From assembly GCA_023205875.1 (NCBI GenBank), contig CP060771.1:434001-478129 (forward strand): a DNA stretch of 44,129 bases. Direction: 5' to 3'. Under the pieces are notes generated by a model, which was not told the DNA's origin, did not search any database, and saw only the letters and a program-made list of their open reading frames with translations. Positions within the stretch are counted from its first letter, which is position 1. The number at the start of each line of letters is the position of its first letter. Of the stretch, positions 31,515 through 41,612 are shown in pieces. The DNA is from Chloropicon primus. Lineage: Eukaryota. Both the position numbers and the translations under genes were made by a program.

Positions 31515-34500
31515 TCAATCGGAGGCATTGCTCGTCGCCGTCGCCTGCTCATCGATGGAGGCCAGCGGGTTGGCCTTCTCGTCCACGGAGGTCTTGGGCG
31601 ACTGAGCCAGCGGGTTGGCCTTCTCGTCCACGGAGGTCCTGGGCGACTGAGACACCGGGTTCGCCGTTTCGTCGATGGACGACATGGGCGACCGAGACAG
31701 CGGATTCTCTGTCTTGATGATGCTCGTCTTCCCCACCTTGGTCTTGTCGCTGAACTGGGCCAGCTCAATGTCCATCGTCATCGCGTGCAGCCTTTGTCCA
31801 GCGGATTCGTGGGAGGACAACGGGTTCAGCACCACGGAGTTCTTGACCCCGGGACCCCCGTTCGCCTTCATCATCTCCGTCTCCCTCCTCTCCTTGATGG
31901 CCTCGTTCTTGCTGTTCTCCATGACTTTCGAAAAGAGCTTGGAGATGGGGACCTTGAGCTTGGAGGCGTGGATCATGAGGGTCACCACGACAATCAAGCC
32001 CCCCCCAAGGACGAGCATGATGATCCAGATGGAGACCTCAATGCCGACCACCGAGGCGGCCTTGACGCCCTTCTGCTTCAAGATCACGCCCACCAGGGCA
32101 CTCACCGCGATCCAGCAGTTCAAAGCGTAAGCGCTGCTCCTGTAGTGGTTCATGGACCAGATGGACTTGCAGGGCTGGATCCTATAATTGGCGTAAGCCA
32201 GGGCCCCGGTGACGGTGATGCACCCGATCTGCGTGATGATGGGCAACCGGTCGAAGAAGGTGTACAGCAAGGACATGATCCACTTGAGGGCGATCTCGAG
32301 CATCATGTAAGCCCCCGTGAAACGGATGTCGTTCACATCCTCATCGGGCTCCATGAAGTAAATCCCGATCACAACGCAGGAAGGGATGTAGTACATCAGG
32401 TAGGTCAGTCCCACCAGCGAGTAAAGGTTGTGCTCCCCGCCCCAGCACTTGACGTCCCTTTGGCTCTCCAGGCAGGAACCGAACCCCTTTGGACACTCCG
32501 TCACCGGACAGCAACGGAACTTCTGGTTCTCGAGGCCGTTAAGGAACTGCGTGGAGCAGGGAACGGTGTAGCTCTCCTGGGGGCAGTGCTGCCATTCCAC
32601 AGGAAGGAGGGCGGTCTCGTTGATCCCGAGCTGCGCGCAGTGCGCCACAAGATTGAAGTTAGAATCCATGTGGGGGGGAAGCTGCAGCAGGGACATGTCA
32701 ACCCCCCTCTGCTGGAAGAAAAGGGTCCCAGAGCGCAGGCCCGAGAGGTCTCCCTGGGAGACATAGGCACAGTCCAGCGCCCTGAAGAAGATGGAGGACA
32801 CCGGCAGGACGGCGGCAACCGCGAGGATGGGCACGATGCTGCTAAGCCCAGGAATTTTGCTGAAGAAGTCTGGCTGCACGAAGGGAAACATCTTTCCCAG
32901 CTTCTTGTTGTGCAGGATGACCATGGACGACCCCAAGTACGTCGAAAGGAGGAACCAGACTCCCACGGTGAACACGCCAAGCCAGAAGGAGTACACAAAA
33001 GTGTTCCTCCTGAAGTCCAGGATGATTTGGCTTCCAAAGCCCTTCCACTCATCCAACACGCTGTACTCGTCCGAGGACTGACTCCCAACAATGTCCAGCA
33101 GGTTCTTCGGAATGCCGAAGTTCGCGAAGGCAAGGAAATCGAACACGCAGATCACGATTCTGACGACGTTGATCACCGCCCTCGTGCCGCTCGTACGAAA
33201 GTCGTTCGGCAGGATCTTCATCCGGATCCTCTTCCTGGGGTGGCGCACGTTACGAAGCTCCTTCTCGTGGAAGCACTTGATCGTGCTGAAGAAGAGGAAA
33301 AGGGCGATCAGGACGTAGTACACGCCCAGCAGGTACAGAATGCTTCCCCTGATCTTGTCATCGTCCCCCATGCTGGGCAGAATACCCAGGACCAGGACCG
33401 TGGGGTAAACCCACATGAACAGAAAGAAGGGAAGGACCAGGAAGAAGATCACGCGCTCGTTCAAGCCGATCCTCTGCGCTTTCTGGAACACCATCTTCTG
33501 GGACGGGCTCAGGATCTGGAAGCAGGTTTGGGGTATTTTTCCCAGGATACGAGCGATCCTACGCCTTCTGAGGTAGCCCACGGTCACAAACAAGGGAAAG
33601 AAGAAGCCGTAGAGCATCATGATGAACAGGAACGAGGCGGACCGCACCAAAGGCAGCAAAAAGTTGTCCATCCTTGCCTGGTACCTTACCTGCAGGAGGT
33701 GGGCGACCTTCTTGTTTCCAGTCTTCAGGGCAAGCTGGTAGGGTTTGAGCCCCTTGGTGTCCCTGTCCCTCAGTATGCTAGTTTGCACGCCCAGGAGGAG
33801 CTCCGCGATTTGGATGTAGGCATCGACATCTCCCGCGGTGCCAGCGCAGCACCAGTGCAACGCGTTCCAATCCTCCGTGTCCTTCTTCACCACCGAAGCA
33901 GGGTCCTCGTCCAGCTTGACCTTCACCCACCCCACCTTGCCCTGGTACGCCGCCATCATCAAGGTCGTCCTCTTGAAGATGTCGAACTCGTCGTGGTCTT
34001 TCAGGTCCTGGGAGATCTGGCCGTTCCACGCCAGGCGGTGGTACTCTGAGAATTGGCGGTAGTCCCCAGTGATCCCAGAGGTCCTCCTTTCCTCGACTTC
34101 CTTCATCACTTTGGACTTGACGAAAGGCAGCACGCCGGCAATATCCTTGAGGTAGTCAGAGACCTCCTTCCTTCCCCTGCTGAGCGCCAACGCGTAAGGC
34201 GTGTCGAAGTGGACCGTCTCGCACTGAGCGTTCGCTTTGGCGTCCTCGATGAGGTACTTGACGACAGGAAGGTGGCCCTCCTGGGCGGAAAGATGCAATG
34301 CGGTGTACTGGAGCTCGTCAGACGTGTCCGGGTCCACTTTTTGCAGCTTGATGAGCTCCTTGATCCTCGACAGCTCCCCAACCTTGGCCGCCCAAAGCAG
34401 GTACTGCGTGCTCGCCAGGTTCATCTCCCTCTGCATGGACCCGGCGGCCTTGCGGCGGGCGTTCATGGCCATACGACCCGTGATGGTCCGTCTCGGCCTC

Positions 34501-37445
34501 GACATGAGCCTTCTGAAGCCCATGGTGAACCTCCCCGAAGTGCTTCTCGAGTCTATGGCTTTCCTAACGTACATCCTGGAGGAAATCTCGAGCCTCTTCG
34601 TGCCAGCAATTCCCCGGAGGGCGTTACCCTCGCTCGTGAGGTCTTGGTTCCTCCGGGCCACCACCAAGCACTCGTTGTAGTAATTCAGGGCCTTCTGCAG
34701 GATGTCCCCCGTGACGTAGATGTGGTTCCCCGTGTCATCCTCCGCCTCCTTCTCCAGCAGGGCGACGATGTTCTTGTTCACCATGTCGCCCAGAGTCATC
34801 AGGGAGTTGCAATAAAGGACGTTGTCCCCAGACTCCTTGGCGAACTCCAGGTTCTTCTTGTGGAACTCCATGGTCGACGACCCGCCAGCCCCCTTGTTCC
34901 CAAGCTTGTCGTAAATGTTCCCCAAGTTTGCCAGAAGCCTCGCCGCGAAGACGGCGTCCTCCGAGCTTGCCAGGAGCCCCTTGGCCTTGTTGGCGAACTC
35001 GAACGACTTCTTGTAGTCCTTCTTCGCGAACTCGATGTTGCACATGGCGGCGTACGCCCTCGCAACGTTGTACTCGATCTTGAGGTCCTCTGCAATCTTC
35101 AGAGCACGAGTCACGTGACCCTCCGCCTTCACGATCTCCCTGGAATTAATGTACAAGTTTCCCAAGTCCAGCAAGGAGTTGCAGAGCGCCTCCTTGTCCC
35201 CTGTGCTGTTGGCGAAGTCCAGCGTCTGCTGGAACGCGCTCTCCGCTCTGCTGTCCTCCTTGAGGTCCAAGTAGACGTACCCAATCGCGGACAGTGCCCC
35301 CAACTCCCCGACCTTGTCCCCGACCTCGATGTAGATCGCCATGGCCTCCTGGAGCCTCTTCAGGGACTGGTCGTACTGGCCCCTGATGTTCAGGTTTCCG
35401 CCGGACTGCTTCAAAGCCGAGGCCTTGAGCTTGAGCGCCGTCTCGTCCTTGCCTTCCCCGGCCGTTGCGATGGCGTCCTCCAGCAGCTTGCCTGCTGCCT
35501 CCAGCTCTCCCTTCTTCGTGGCAAGGGTGGCCTTGATCAGCAGGAGGTCGACCTCGTCGTGAACGGTCGTGACGAGGCCCTCCAGCTTCTCCACCCCACC
35601 CTCAGCGTCCTTGAGCCTCCCCTTCCCGATGTGGGTCTTGATCTCCGTCACAGCGATGTTGAACTTGCTCATCGCCGAGAGGTCCGAGTCCAAGAGCTTG
35701 TCCGAGAACTCCTTGTCCACGAGATCGTCGCAGGCGAGGAGACTCACGTACAGCTTGGAAAGCTGTTCCCCGCAGTCCTTGAGCTCGTCCGGGTACATCT
35801 TGACCAGCTCGCTGGCCTCCCTAAAGTGCTTTTGCAGCATGGTCTTCATGTCCGCCGAGTTCGAGGCGATCAGATTGCTGATGAAGTTGATCTTCGTGTT
35901 CACCGTCTCCAGAGGGGACCCGCTCTCCCGGCACAGCTGGATCTCCGTCTCCTTCCACGTGCAGTACTTGTTGTTGTTGTCCAGGACCTTGTAGATCTCA
36001 GCCATCTCCGCGGCCACCATCAGGGCCATCTTGGTGTTCTTGCCCCCCGGGCCCAAAGCCACGGACGCGTCCACCATCTTGCTGGGGTCCGGCTCCTCGC
36101 AGAACTTCCACGCCTCCTCGAGGCTGTCCAGAGCATCCTGGTACTTTTTGTTCTGGACGAACAGCTTGGCCCTGAGGACCAGAGCCTTACAAGCCAGGTC
36201 CTCGTTCTCGTCCTTCATCATCTGGAGGAACCTGCCGAGGAACACGATGCCCCAGGACGTCTTCTCCATCTCGAGGGCGATGTTCCCGCAAGTCAAGATG
36301 GTGCCGAAGAACTTGGAGGTCAACTGGTTCGTCTCCTTGGCCACGTTAATGGCCTTCTCGTACCTGGCCAGGGCCTCGCTCTGGTTTCCAAGCTGGTGGT
36401 GCGCGTAACCCAAGTTCGTGTAGAAGGTGCACTCCTCCTTGCCCTCCGAGCCCGCAGCGACCTTGTGAGTCTTCACGAAAACTTCCAGGTGCTCCTCCGC
36501 CCCGGTCATCACCTCGACCATCTCCCTGAAGTTCTTCGTGTGGTTCAACGCCTTGACCTCCTCCTTGGAGCACAGGTACCAGGTGACCCTGTCCTCCTGT
36601 GCCTTGCGTTCGGCCAGGACGCCTTTCCCGATGCCAGCCTGCTTCCTCGCCTCCTCGTAGCTTCCAAGGTTGTTGTACGCTATCGCAGAGAGGCGGAACA
36701 TCTCGGCTGCCTGCCGCTCGGACCCTTGCTTGGTCTTCAACTCCGCCGCGTAATCCGACGCCACCTTGCACAGCTCCTTGTAGTCCTTCCTCTTGTTCAG
36801 GCAAGTGCAAGCAGCCCGGAGGATGATTGGCTTGAAGCCGTCCATGTCCACGAACCGCTTGTCCTTGCGGAACCGATGCAGAGCTGCGCTGATCTCGTCC
36901 GAGGGCTGGAGGTGGTTGATAGCATCGGCCAGGAACCGAAAGAGGCGAAGGGCCTCCTTCTCCACCCAGCCCTTGGCCTCGTCGTACGCCTCCAGCTGGC
37001 TGACCGTCAAGTCGAAGACGTCCTGCCACCTCTTCTGCTTCAGCCTCACGAAGCACAACCCGTTCTTCGTCCTCCTCATGCACTCGCCGTCCTTGCAAGT
37101 CTTGGCCAGACGCTCCAGCAGCCCCAACTGCTTGTCCACCTCGTCGTACTTGCCATTGTGTTCCGCAATGCTGCACAGGCGTTCTCGAATAAGGATGAGG
37201 TCAGAGTTCTCGATGTCGAACTTGAGCTTCTTGCCCTCGAAGATGGCCTCGTTGAGGTGCTTATCGGCCTCCTTGAGCGCCCCCTCCTTCTCCTTCTGCT
37301 TCTCCTTGGCGGTCTGGGTCGCCAGCTGAAACTGCAGGAGGCCCAGCTTTATCAGAGCAGGGACCACGTACTTGTCGTTTCCCTTCGCCCTGGCATCGTC
37401 CAGGGCCATCTGCACGAAGAGAATCTCCTTCTCCGTCTCCTCCAT
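31515..37445 (-). CDS. Large TPR-repeat + ankyrin-repeat + multipass membrane protein (~1976 aa), function unknown
   Basis: Uninterrupted ORF with strong GC3 bias. TPR motifs (YTNLGYAHHQLG, LSAIGYVYLDL, LLDLGNLY, LANLGNIYDKLG), ankyrin motifs (YTALHLSAQEGHLPVVKYL, TTLMMAAYQG, WNALHWCC) and ~11 hydrophobic segments in the last third. Confidence 0.88.
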   Translation of the reverse strand: MEETEKEILFVQMALDDARAKGNDKYVVPALIKLGLLQFQLATQTAKEKQKEKEGALKEADKHLNEAIFEGKKLKFDIENSDLILIRERLCSIAEHNGKYDEVDKQLGLLERLAKTCKDGECMRRTKNGLCFVRLKQKRWQDVFDLTVSQLEAYDEAKGWVEKEALRLFRFLADAINHLQPSDEISAALHRFRKDKRFVDMDGFKPIILRAACTCLNKRKDYKELCKVASDYAAELKTKQGSERQAAEMFRLSAIAYNNLGSYEEARKQAGIGKGVLAERKAQEDRVTWYLCSKEEVKALNHTKNFREMVEVMTGAEEHLEVFVKTHKVAAGSEGKEECTFYTNLGYAHHQLGNQSEALARYEKAINVAKETNQLTSKFFGTILTCGNIALEMEKTSWGIVFLGRFLQMMKDENEDLACKALVLRAKLFVQNKKYQDALDSLEEAWKFCEEPDPSKMVDASVALGPGGKNTKMALMVAAEMAEIYKVLDNNNKYCTWKETEIQLCRESGSPLETVNTKINFISNLIASNSADMKTMLQKHFREASELVKMYPDELKDCGEQLSKLYVSLLACDDLVDKEFSDKLLDSDLSAMSKFNIAVTEIKTHIGKGRLKDAEGGVEKLEGLVTTVHDEVDLLLIKATLATKKGELEAAGKLLEDAIATAGEGKDETALKLKASALKQSGGNLNIRGQYDQSLKRLQEAMAIYIEVGDKVGELGALSAIGYVYLDLKEDSRAESAFQQTLDFANSTGDKEALCNSLLDLGNLYINSREIVKAEGHVTRALKIAEDLKIEYNVARAYAAMCNIEFAKKDYKKSFEFANKAKGLLASSEDAVFAARLLANLGNIYDKLGNKGAGGSSTMEFHKKNLEFAKESGDNVLYCNSLMTLGDMVNKNIVALLEKEAEDDTGNHIYVTGDILQKALNYYNECLVVARRNQDLTSEGNALRGIAGTKRLEISSRMYVRKAIDSRSTSGRFTMGFRRLMSRPRRTITGRMAMNARRKAAGSMQREMNLASTQYLLWAAKVGELSRIKELIKLQKVDPDTSDELQYTALHLSAQEGHLPVVKYLIEDAKANAQCETVHFDTPYALALSRGRKEVSDYLKDIAGVLPFVKSKVMKEVEERRTSGITGDYRQFSEYHRLAWNGQISQDLKDHDEFDIFKRTTLMMAAYQGKVGWVKVKLDEDPASVVKKDTEDWNALHWCCAGTAGDVDAYIQIAELLLGVQTSILRDRDTKGLKPYQLALKTGNKKVAHLLQVRYQARMDNFLLPLVRSASFLFIMMLYGFFFPLFVTVGYLRRRRIARILGKIPQTCFQILSPSQKMVFQKAQRIGLNERVIFFLVLPFFLFMWVYPTVLVLGILPSMGDDDKIRGSILYLLGVYYVLIALFLFFSTIKCFHEKELRNVRHPRKRIRMKILPNDFRTSGTRAVINVVRIVICVFDFLAFANFGIPKNLLDIVGSQSSDEYSVLDEWKGFGSQIILDFRRNTFVYSFWLGVFTVGVWFLLSTYLGSSMVILHNKKLGKMFPFVQPDFFSKIPGLSSIVPILAVAAVLPVSSIFFRALDCAYVSQGDLSGLRSGTLFFQQRGVDMSLLQLPPHMDSNFNLVAHCAQLGINETALLPVEWQHCPQESYTVPCSTQFLNGLENQKFRCCPVTECPKGFGSCLESQRDVKCWGGEHNLYSLVGLTYLMYYIPSCVVIGIYFMEPDEDVNDIRFTGAYMMLEIALKWIMSLLYTFFDRLPIITQIGCITVTGALAYANYRIQPCKSIWSMNHYRSSAYALNCWIAVSALVGVILKQKGVKAASVVGIEVSIWIIMLVLGGGLIVVVTLMIHASKLKVPISKLFSKVMENSKNEAIKERRETEMMKANGGPGVKNSVVLNPLSSHESAGQRLHAMTMDIELAQFSDKTKVGKTSIIKTENPLSRSPMSSIDETANPVSQSPRTSVDEKANPLAQSPKTSVDEKANPLASIDEQATATSNASD

Positions 37446-37742
37446 CGTGCCCTCCTTCGCCACTCAACCCACAAATGCCAAGGCCACAGGGTGGGGACAC
37501 GGCACCTGAACCCACCCCAATGCAATGCTATGCAAACACACTCGCTTGCTCGCTTGCTTGCTTGCTTTCCTGCCAAGGCAGAGTCTTGGAAAGGGAACGG
37601 GACCCTGCGAGCGAGGCTGATGACTCTGGCGCTTCCTCAAACCTTGCCGCTCCACGGGGCTCGACGCCAGGAGACCAGCACACAATGCCCCGAGACCAGG
37701 CGATGGACAAGGGACAAGGGACAATGCGATGCGATGCGATGC

Positions 37743-37783
<41 letters not shown>

Positions 37784-37927
37784 CAATGCAATGCGATGCG
37801 ATGTGCATCCCTACAAGGGAAGACATGGATTACGGAATGGATATTACTGTGACTCCCTCTCCCAAGGAAAAACAAATCAAGGGAGGAAGGCCTGGAGCAC
37901 GGCCCGTAGACTGCCTCGAACCTCAGT

Positions 37928-38877
37928 CTACTCGTTCTTTGCGATGCTCTTCGCGGAAGACTGCTTGGTGGCGTAAATTATGATGTCTCCGATCTGGACG
38001 TGGGAGGGCCTCGTGCAGCAGTACATGACGTTGTCGGCAATGTCCCTGGCGTTGAGGGGCGTGAAGCCCTTGTAGAACGTGTCCTCCCTCTCGGCATCCT
38101 GCCCGAAACGGACGAGGGTGAACTCGGTCCTCACCGCACCGGGGGAGATCGCCGTCACCCTGATGTTGGTCCCAACGAGGTCGTGCCTCATCGCGGTGGT
38201 GTAAGCATCGATGGCGTGCTTGGTGGCGCAGTACACCGACCCTCCTGGGTAAGCCTCGTGGCCAGCGATACTCGAGATGTTCACGATATGCCCGGCGTTT
38301 CTCTCCACCATGCCCGGAGCAAAGGTGCTGACGAACGCCATCACGCTGCTCACGTTCGTCTGCAGCATGGTCTGCACGTCCTCGATCGGGTTCTCGTGAG
38401 CGGGAGGCGTGCCAAGGGCGACTCCGGCGTTGTTCACCAAGATGTGCACCTTGCTGAACTCCTCGGGCAGACCGGCCTTGAGCTCACCAATCTGGTGATG
38501 GAACGACGAAGAGGTGGTGAACGTTTAGGAGGAGGAAGAGGAGGAGGGAATCGATTCAGTATACGCGGCCAGCCAAGCCAAGAACCTGTTTCCTCTGAAA
38601 CCTGCATCGAGCGGAGACCCGGAAACCCTTCACAAGCCCCTGAACTCACCTTGTCCAAGTCCTTGACATCAAACTTGATGATGTGCACCTTGGCGCCCTC
38701 GTAAGCTTTCTCGATGTCTTCCTTGATCTGCTCGAGCTTGGCGACCCTCCTCGCGATCAGGATGAGCTTCGCCCCGGCCTCCGCCATCCTGTGGGCGCAA
38801 GCCTCGCCGATACCAGCGCTCGCGCCAGTGATCAGCACAACTTTGTCCTTCAAGTCCAAGGTCTCGTACGTCGCCAT
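37928..38877 (-). CDS. Short-chain dehydrogenase, YdfG/NADP-dependent serine-3-hydroxy acid dehydrogenase type; exons 38877-38650 and 38491-37928
   Basis: TGASAGIG, ARR (NADP preference), LVNNAG, NISSIAG, YCATK, ISPGAVRTEF; phase-0 intron 38492-38649 (GTGAG...CAG). Confidence 0.92.
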
Positions 38878-39450
38878 CTTCTCCTTCTCTCTTGAATCGG
38901 GACAACAGCAAGCCGTCGTAGTCGTCAAATGAATCCGATGCAGATGCCCGTGCCGGTGCCGGTGCCGGTGCCGATGCCTCGAGGTTGTTGTCGTGGGATG
39001 GGAATGAAGCCAGGCTTTGGTTCTGACTCCTGGCGTTGGTGTTGGTGTTGGTGATGCTCGTGTTGTGCCTGGCAACGTCACGCTTCGTCGTCCTCTTGAG
39101 GCGTCAATGACGAAAGAGTTGGGATGAGGTCTCCGTGCAGTCGGTCGTCACGTCGTCGTGCAGTTGTTCGTCGTGCAGTTGTTCGTCGTGTCGTGTCGTG
39201 TCGTGTCGTGTCGTGTCGTGTAGTGCGCCGCCTCGAGGGAAGGGATCTTTGGTGTTGCTTTTTGCTTTTTTTGCTTTCCTTTTTCAGAGGGGAGAGAGAG
39301 AGAGAGAGAGAGGAGAGGAGAGGAGAGGAGGAGAGATCATTATCATTGGTAGGAGGGAAGGAGGGACTCAAGGGAACCAACAACAACAACAACAGCAAAA
39401 TAAAGAAACTTTTCATTCATACATTCGTTCGTTCGTTCATAATAAAAGGG

Positions 39451-39488
<38 letters not shown>

Positions 39489-39557
39489 GTGGTGGTGATG
39501 AAAAGCACGGGCTCCTGGCTGCTTTCACCACCGCAAAGGTGTTGGCAACGGGACGAG

Positions 39558-41300
39558 TCACAACTTGTTCAGCTTGGAGCTCCAAAACCTGGCCATGTGC
39601 TCCTTGCTCGGGTGGTTGTAGTACACGCCGAGGCTCCCCTGCTGGCCCACGAGGCTCGAGGCGCTCGTCAAGTCCACCTGGTCCTCGCCCTCCGGCGCGG
39701 GCTGGTGCTCCTGGTCCATCCAGGTGCCCACGAGGTCCTCCACGTCCTCGGGAGAGATGGGGACGTTCCCGGACAGGACCTCGGGTCCCAGCCCGCCCCC
39801 GCGGACCAGGACGTCGTCCTCCAGCCTGATCCCTATGCCCCTGTACTGGGCCGGGATGTCGTGCACGTTCCTCGGCAGGTAGAGCCCCGGTTCGATGGTG
39901 AGGACGACCCCCTCCTCGAAGGGGCGGAGGGCGGACACAGTGTGGACGTCGTGGGTGTCCATGCCGAGCCAGTGCCCGATGGAGTGCGGGTAGTAGGGCT
40001 TGTAAAGCCCTCGCAGGATGATCTGCTGGGTGCTCTTCTGGACGATCCCGAGCTTGCTCAGGGCCCTGCTCAGCAGGTGGACGGACATCTTGTGGATGTC
40101 CCTCAGGGTGTTCCCCTCCACGCAGACCTCGACGCACTCCCTGTGCGCCTCCAGCACGTGCTCGTAGACCTCCCTCTGGGGCTCGGTGAACTTTCCCGAG
40201 ACGGGCCACGTCCTCGTGACGTCGCTGACGTACCCGTAAAAGTCGCACCCTGCGTCCATGAGCACGAGCTCCCCGCCGAAGACCCTCCTGTTGTTGCTCG
40301 AGTAGTGGATGGTGCAAGCGTTGTTCCCCCCGGCGACGACTTGGGGGTACGGCATCCTCTGCGCCCCCTCCTGCTTGCACAGGAACTCGAACAGCGAGCT
40401 CAGCTGCCTCTCGTTCATCGAGGGGTGGGAGAGCGCCATGCACTGGTTGAACGCCCCCGTCGTGATCTCCGCGCTCGCCCTCATCATGTCCACCTCCGCC
40501 TCCGACTTCCTCCACCTGAGCTCGTGCAGGAGCTGCTCCAGGGTGTCGTACGTCACGCTCTTCCCTAGCACCGGGTCCAGGTGGTTGCTCTGCTTCCTCA
40601 AGGTCGTGTTCGCGCTCGGGCCCAGGACGTGGCTCGCCAGGGGGTGCCCCCTCCACATCTTGGCGTCGAGCACGACGGGCCTGTTCTCCTGGTGGATCCC
40701 CCTGACGTACGAGGGGAAGGACCCCACCGGCTCCACGCAGTCCGCCCTCAGGGCCTTGGCGTCCTTGGGGGAGTACCTCTGCCCCTCCCACCTCTGCCTC
40801 TCCGCGTCCTCCTCCGCGCAGAACAGCTTGTACGTGAAGCTCTTCCCGTCCGGGCTCACCTCCAGGCTGCACACCATGTCGCTGTCGTCGTAGACACCCG
40901 TCAGGAAGAAGAAGTTCGCTTCCTGCCTGAACGGCAGCGGGATCCTCGTCCCTGGGACGTGGTACAGCTGGGCGGCGGGCACGAGGACCACCGTCCCCGG
41001 GGACACCATCTGGCACAGCGCTTCCCTCCTCTTGGCGCACTCCTCGTGCCAGTACACCCCGCCCGGCAGCTTCCCTCCCAGCCGCTGGAGAGGAGAAGAA
41101 CCTTTGGGCAAAACCATGGGTGCAGAGGAGGAGGATGCAGAGGAGGAGGACGAGGAGGAGGGTTCCGGTTTCGACGGCGACGACGACGACGACGAGAAGG
41201 ACTTGGAGAGGGCCGGCGCCAAGGTCTTGGCGAGTCCTCGGAGTCCTCGCAGTCCTCGAAGGCGCAGAGCCTCCTGGGCCACCACCAGCTTCCACATCAT
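39558..41300 (-). CDS. ICP55: Xaa-Pro aminopeptidase 3 / intermediate cleaving peptidase 55 (M24B), mitochondrial
   Basis: FRQEANFFFLTG, RWRKSEAEV, IHY, LMDAGC..GYVSDVTRTWP, PHSIGHWLGMDTHD, TIEPGLY, GIGIRLEDD; presequence-like N-terminus from ATG 41300. Confidence 0.9.
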   Translation of the reverse strand: MMWKLVVAQEALRLRGLRGLRGLAKTLAPALSKSFSSSSSSPSKPEPSSSSSSSASSSSAPMVLPKGSSPLQRLGGKLPGGVYWHEECAKRREALCQMVSPGTVVLVPAAQLYHVPGTRIPLPFRQEANFFFLTGVYDDSDMVCSLEVSPDGKSFTYKLFCAEEDAERQRWEGQRYSPKDAKALRADCVEPVGSFPSYVRGIHQENRPVVLDAKMWRGHPLASHVLGPSANTTLRKQSNHLDPVLGKSVTYDTLEQLLHELRWRKSEAEVDMMRASAEITTGAFNQCMALSHPSMNERQLSSLFEFLCKQEGAQRMPYPQVVAGGNNACTIHYSSNNRRVFGGELVLMDAGCDFYGYVSDVTRTWPVSGKFTEPQREVYEHVLEAHRECVEVCVEGNTLRDIHKMSVHLLSRALSKLGIVQKSTQQIILRGLYKPYYPHSIGHWLGMDTHDVHTVSALRPFEEGVVLTIEPGLYLPRNVHDIPAQYRGIGIRLEDDVLVRGGGLGPEVLSGNVPISPEDVEDLVGTWMDQEHQPAPEGEDQVDLTSASSLVGQQGSLGVYYNHPSKEHMARFWSSKLNKL

Positions 41301-41612
41301 CGACGCCGACCTGATTTCTTGGTTCTTTCTCTCTTTCGCAAGCCAAAGGAAGCGACGAAAGGAAGCGACGAAAGGTTTTGGCTCTTTGTTCGTGCGCGCC
41401 TTGCCTTGCCTTGCCTTGCGTTCTGGTCGTATCGTATCGTATCGTATCGTATCGTATCGTAAACCTTGTTTGCGTCGCGGCGTGTTCCTCGCGAGGTTTG
41501 TGGCTGCTGCCTGCTGCTGCGCGAGATCTTCTCTCCTTCTCGTTCGCTTTCCTTTTTTTGCCGAGGTACTACATAGTGTACGAAATTTCGGTCTCAACCA
41601 ATGCTTTCTTCA

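Noticed and set aside
31227..37745. Very long plus-strand ORFs (940 aa and 1230 aa)
   Set aside because: They are antisense shadows of the TPR-ankyrin gene; GC3-biased codons suppress antisense stops, and the translations are L/V/H/G-rich with no motifs.
894..41346. Many other overlapping ORFs of 200-690 aa (e.g. 894-1910, 10013-11485, 22192-23583, 25460-27448, 28589-30649, 39343-41346)
   Set aside because: Antisense or frame-shifted shadows of recognisable genes.
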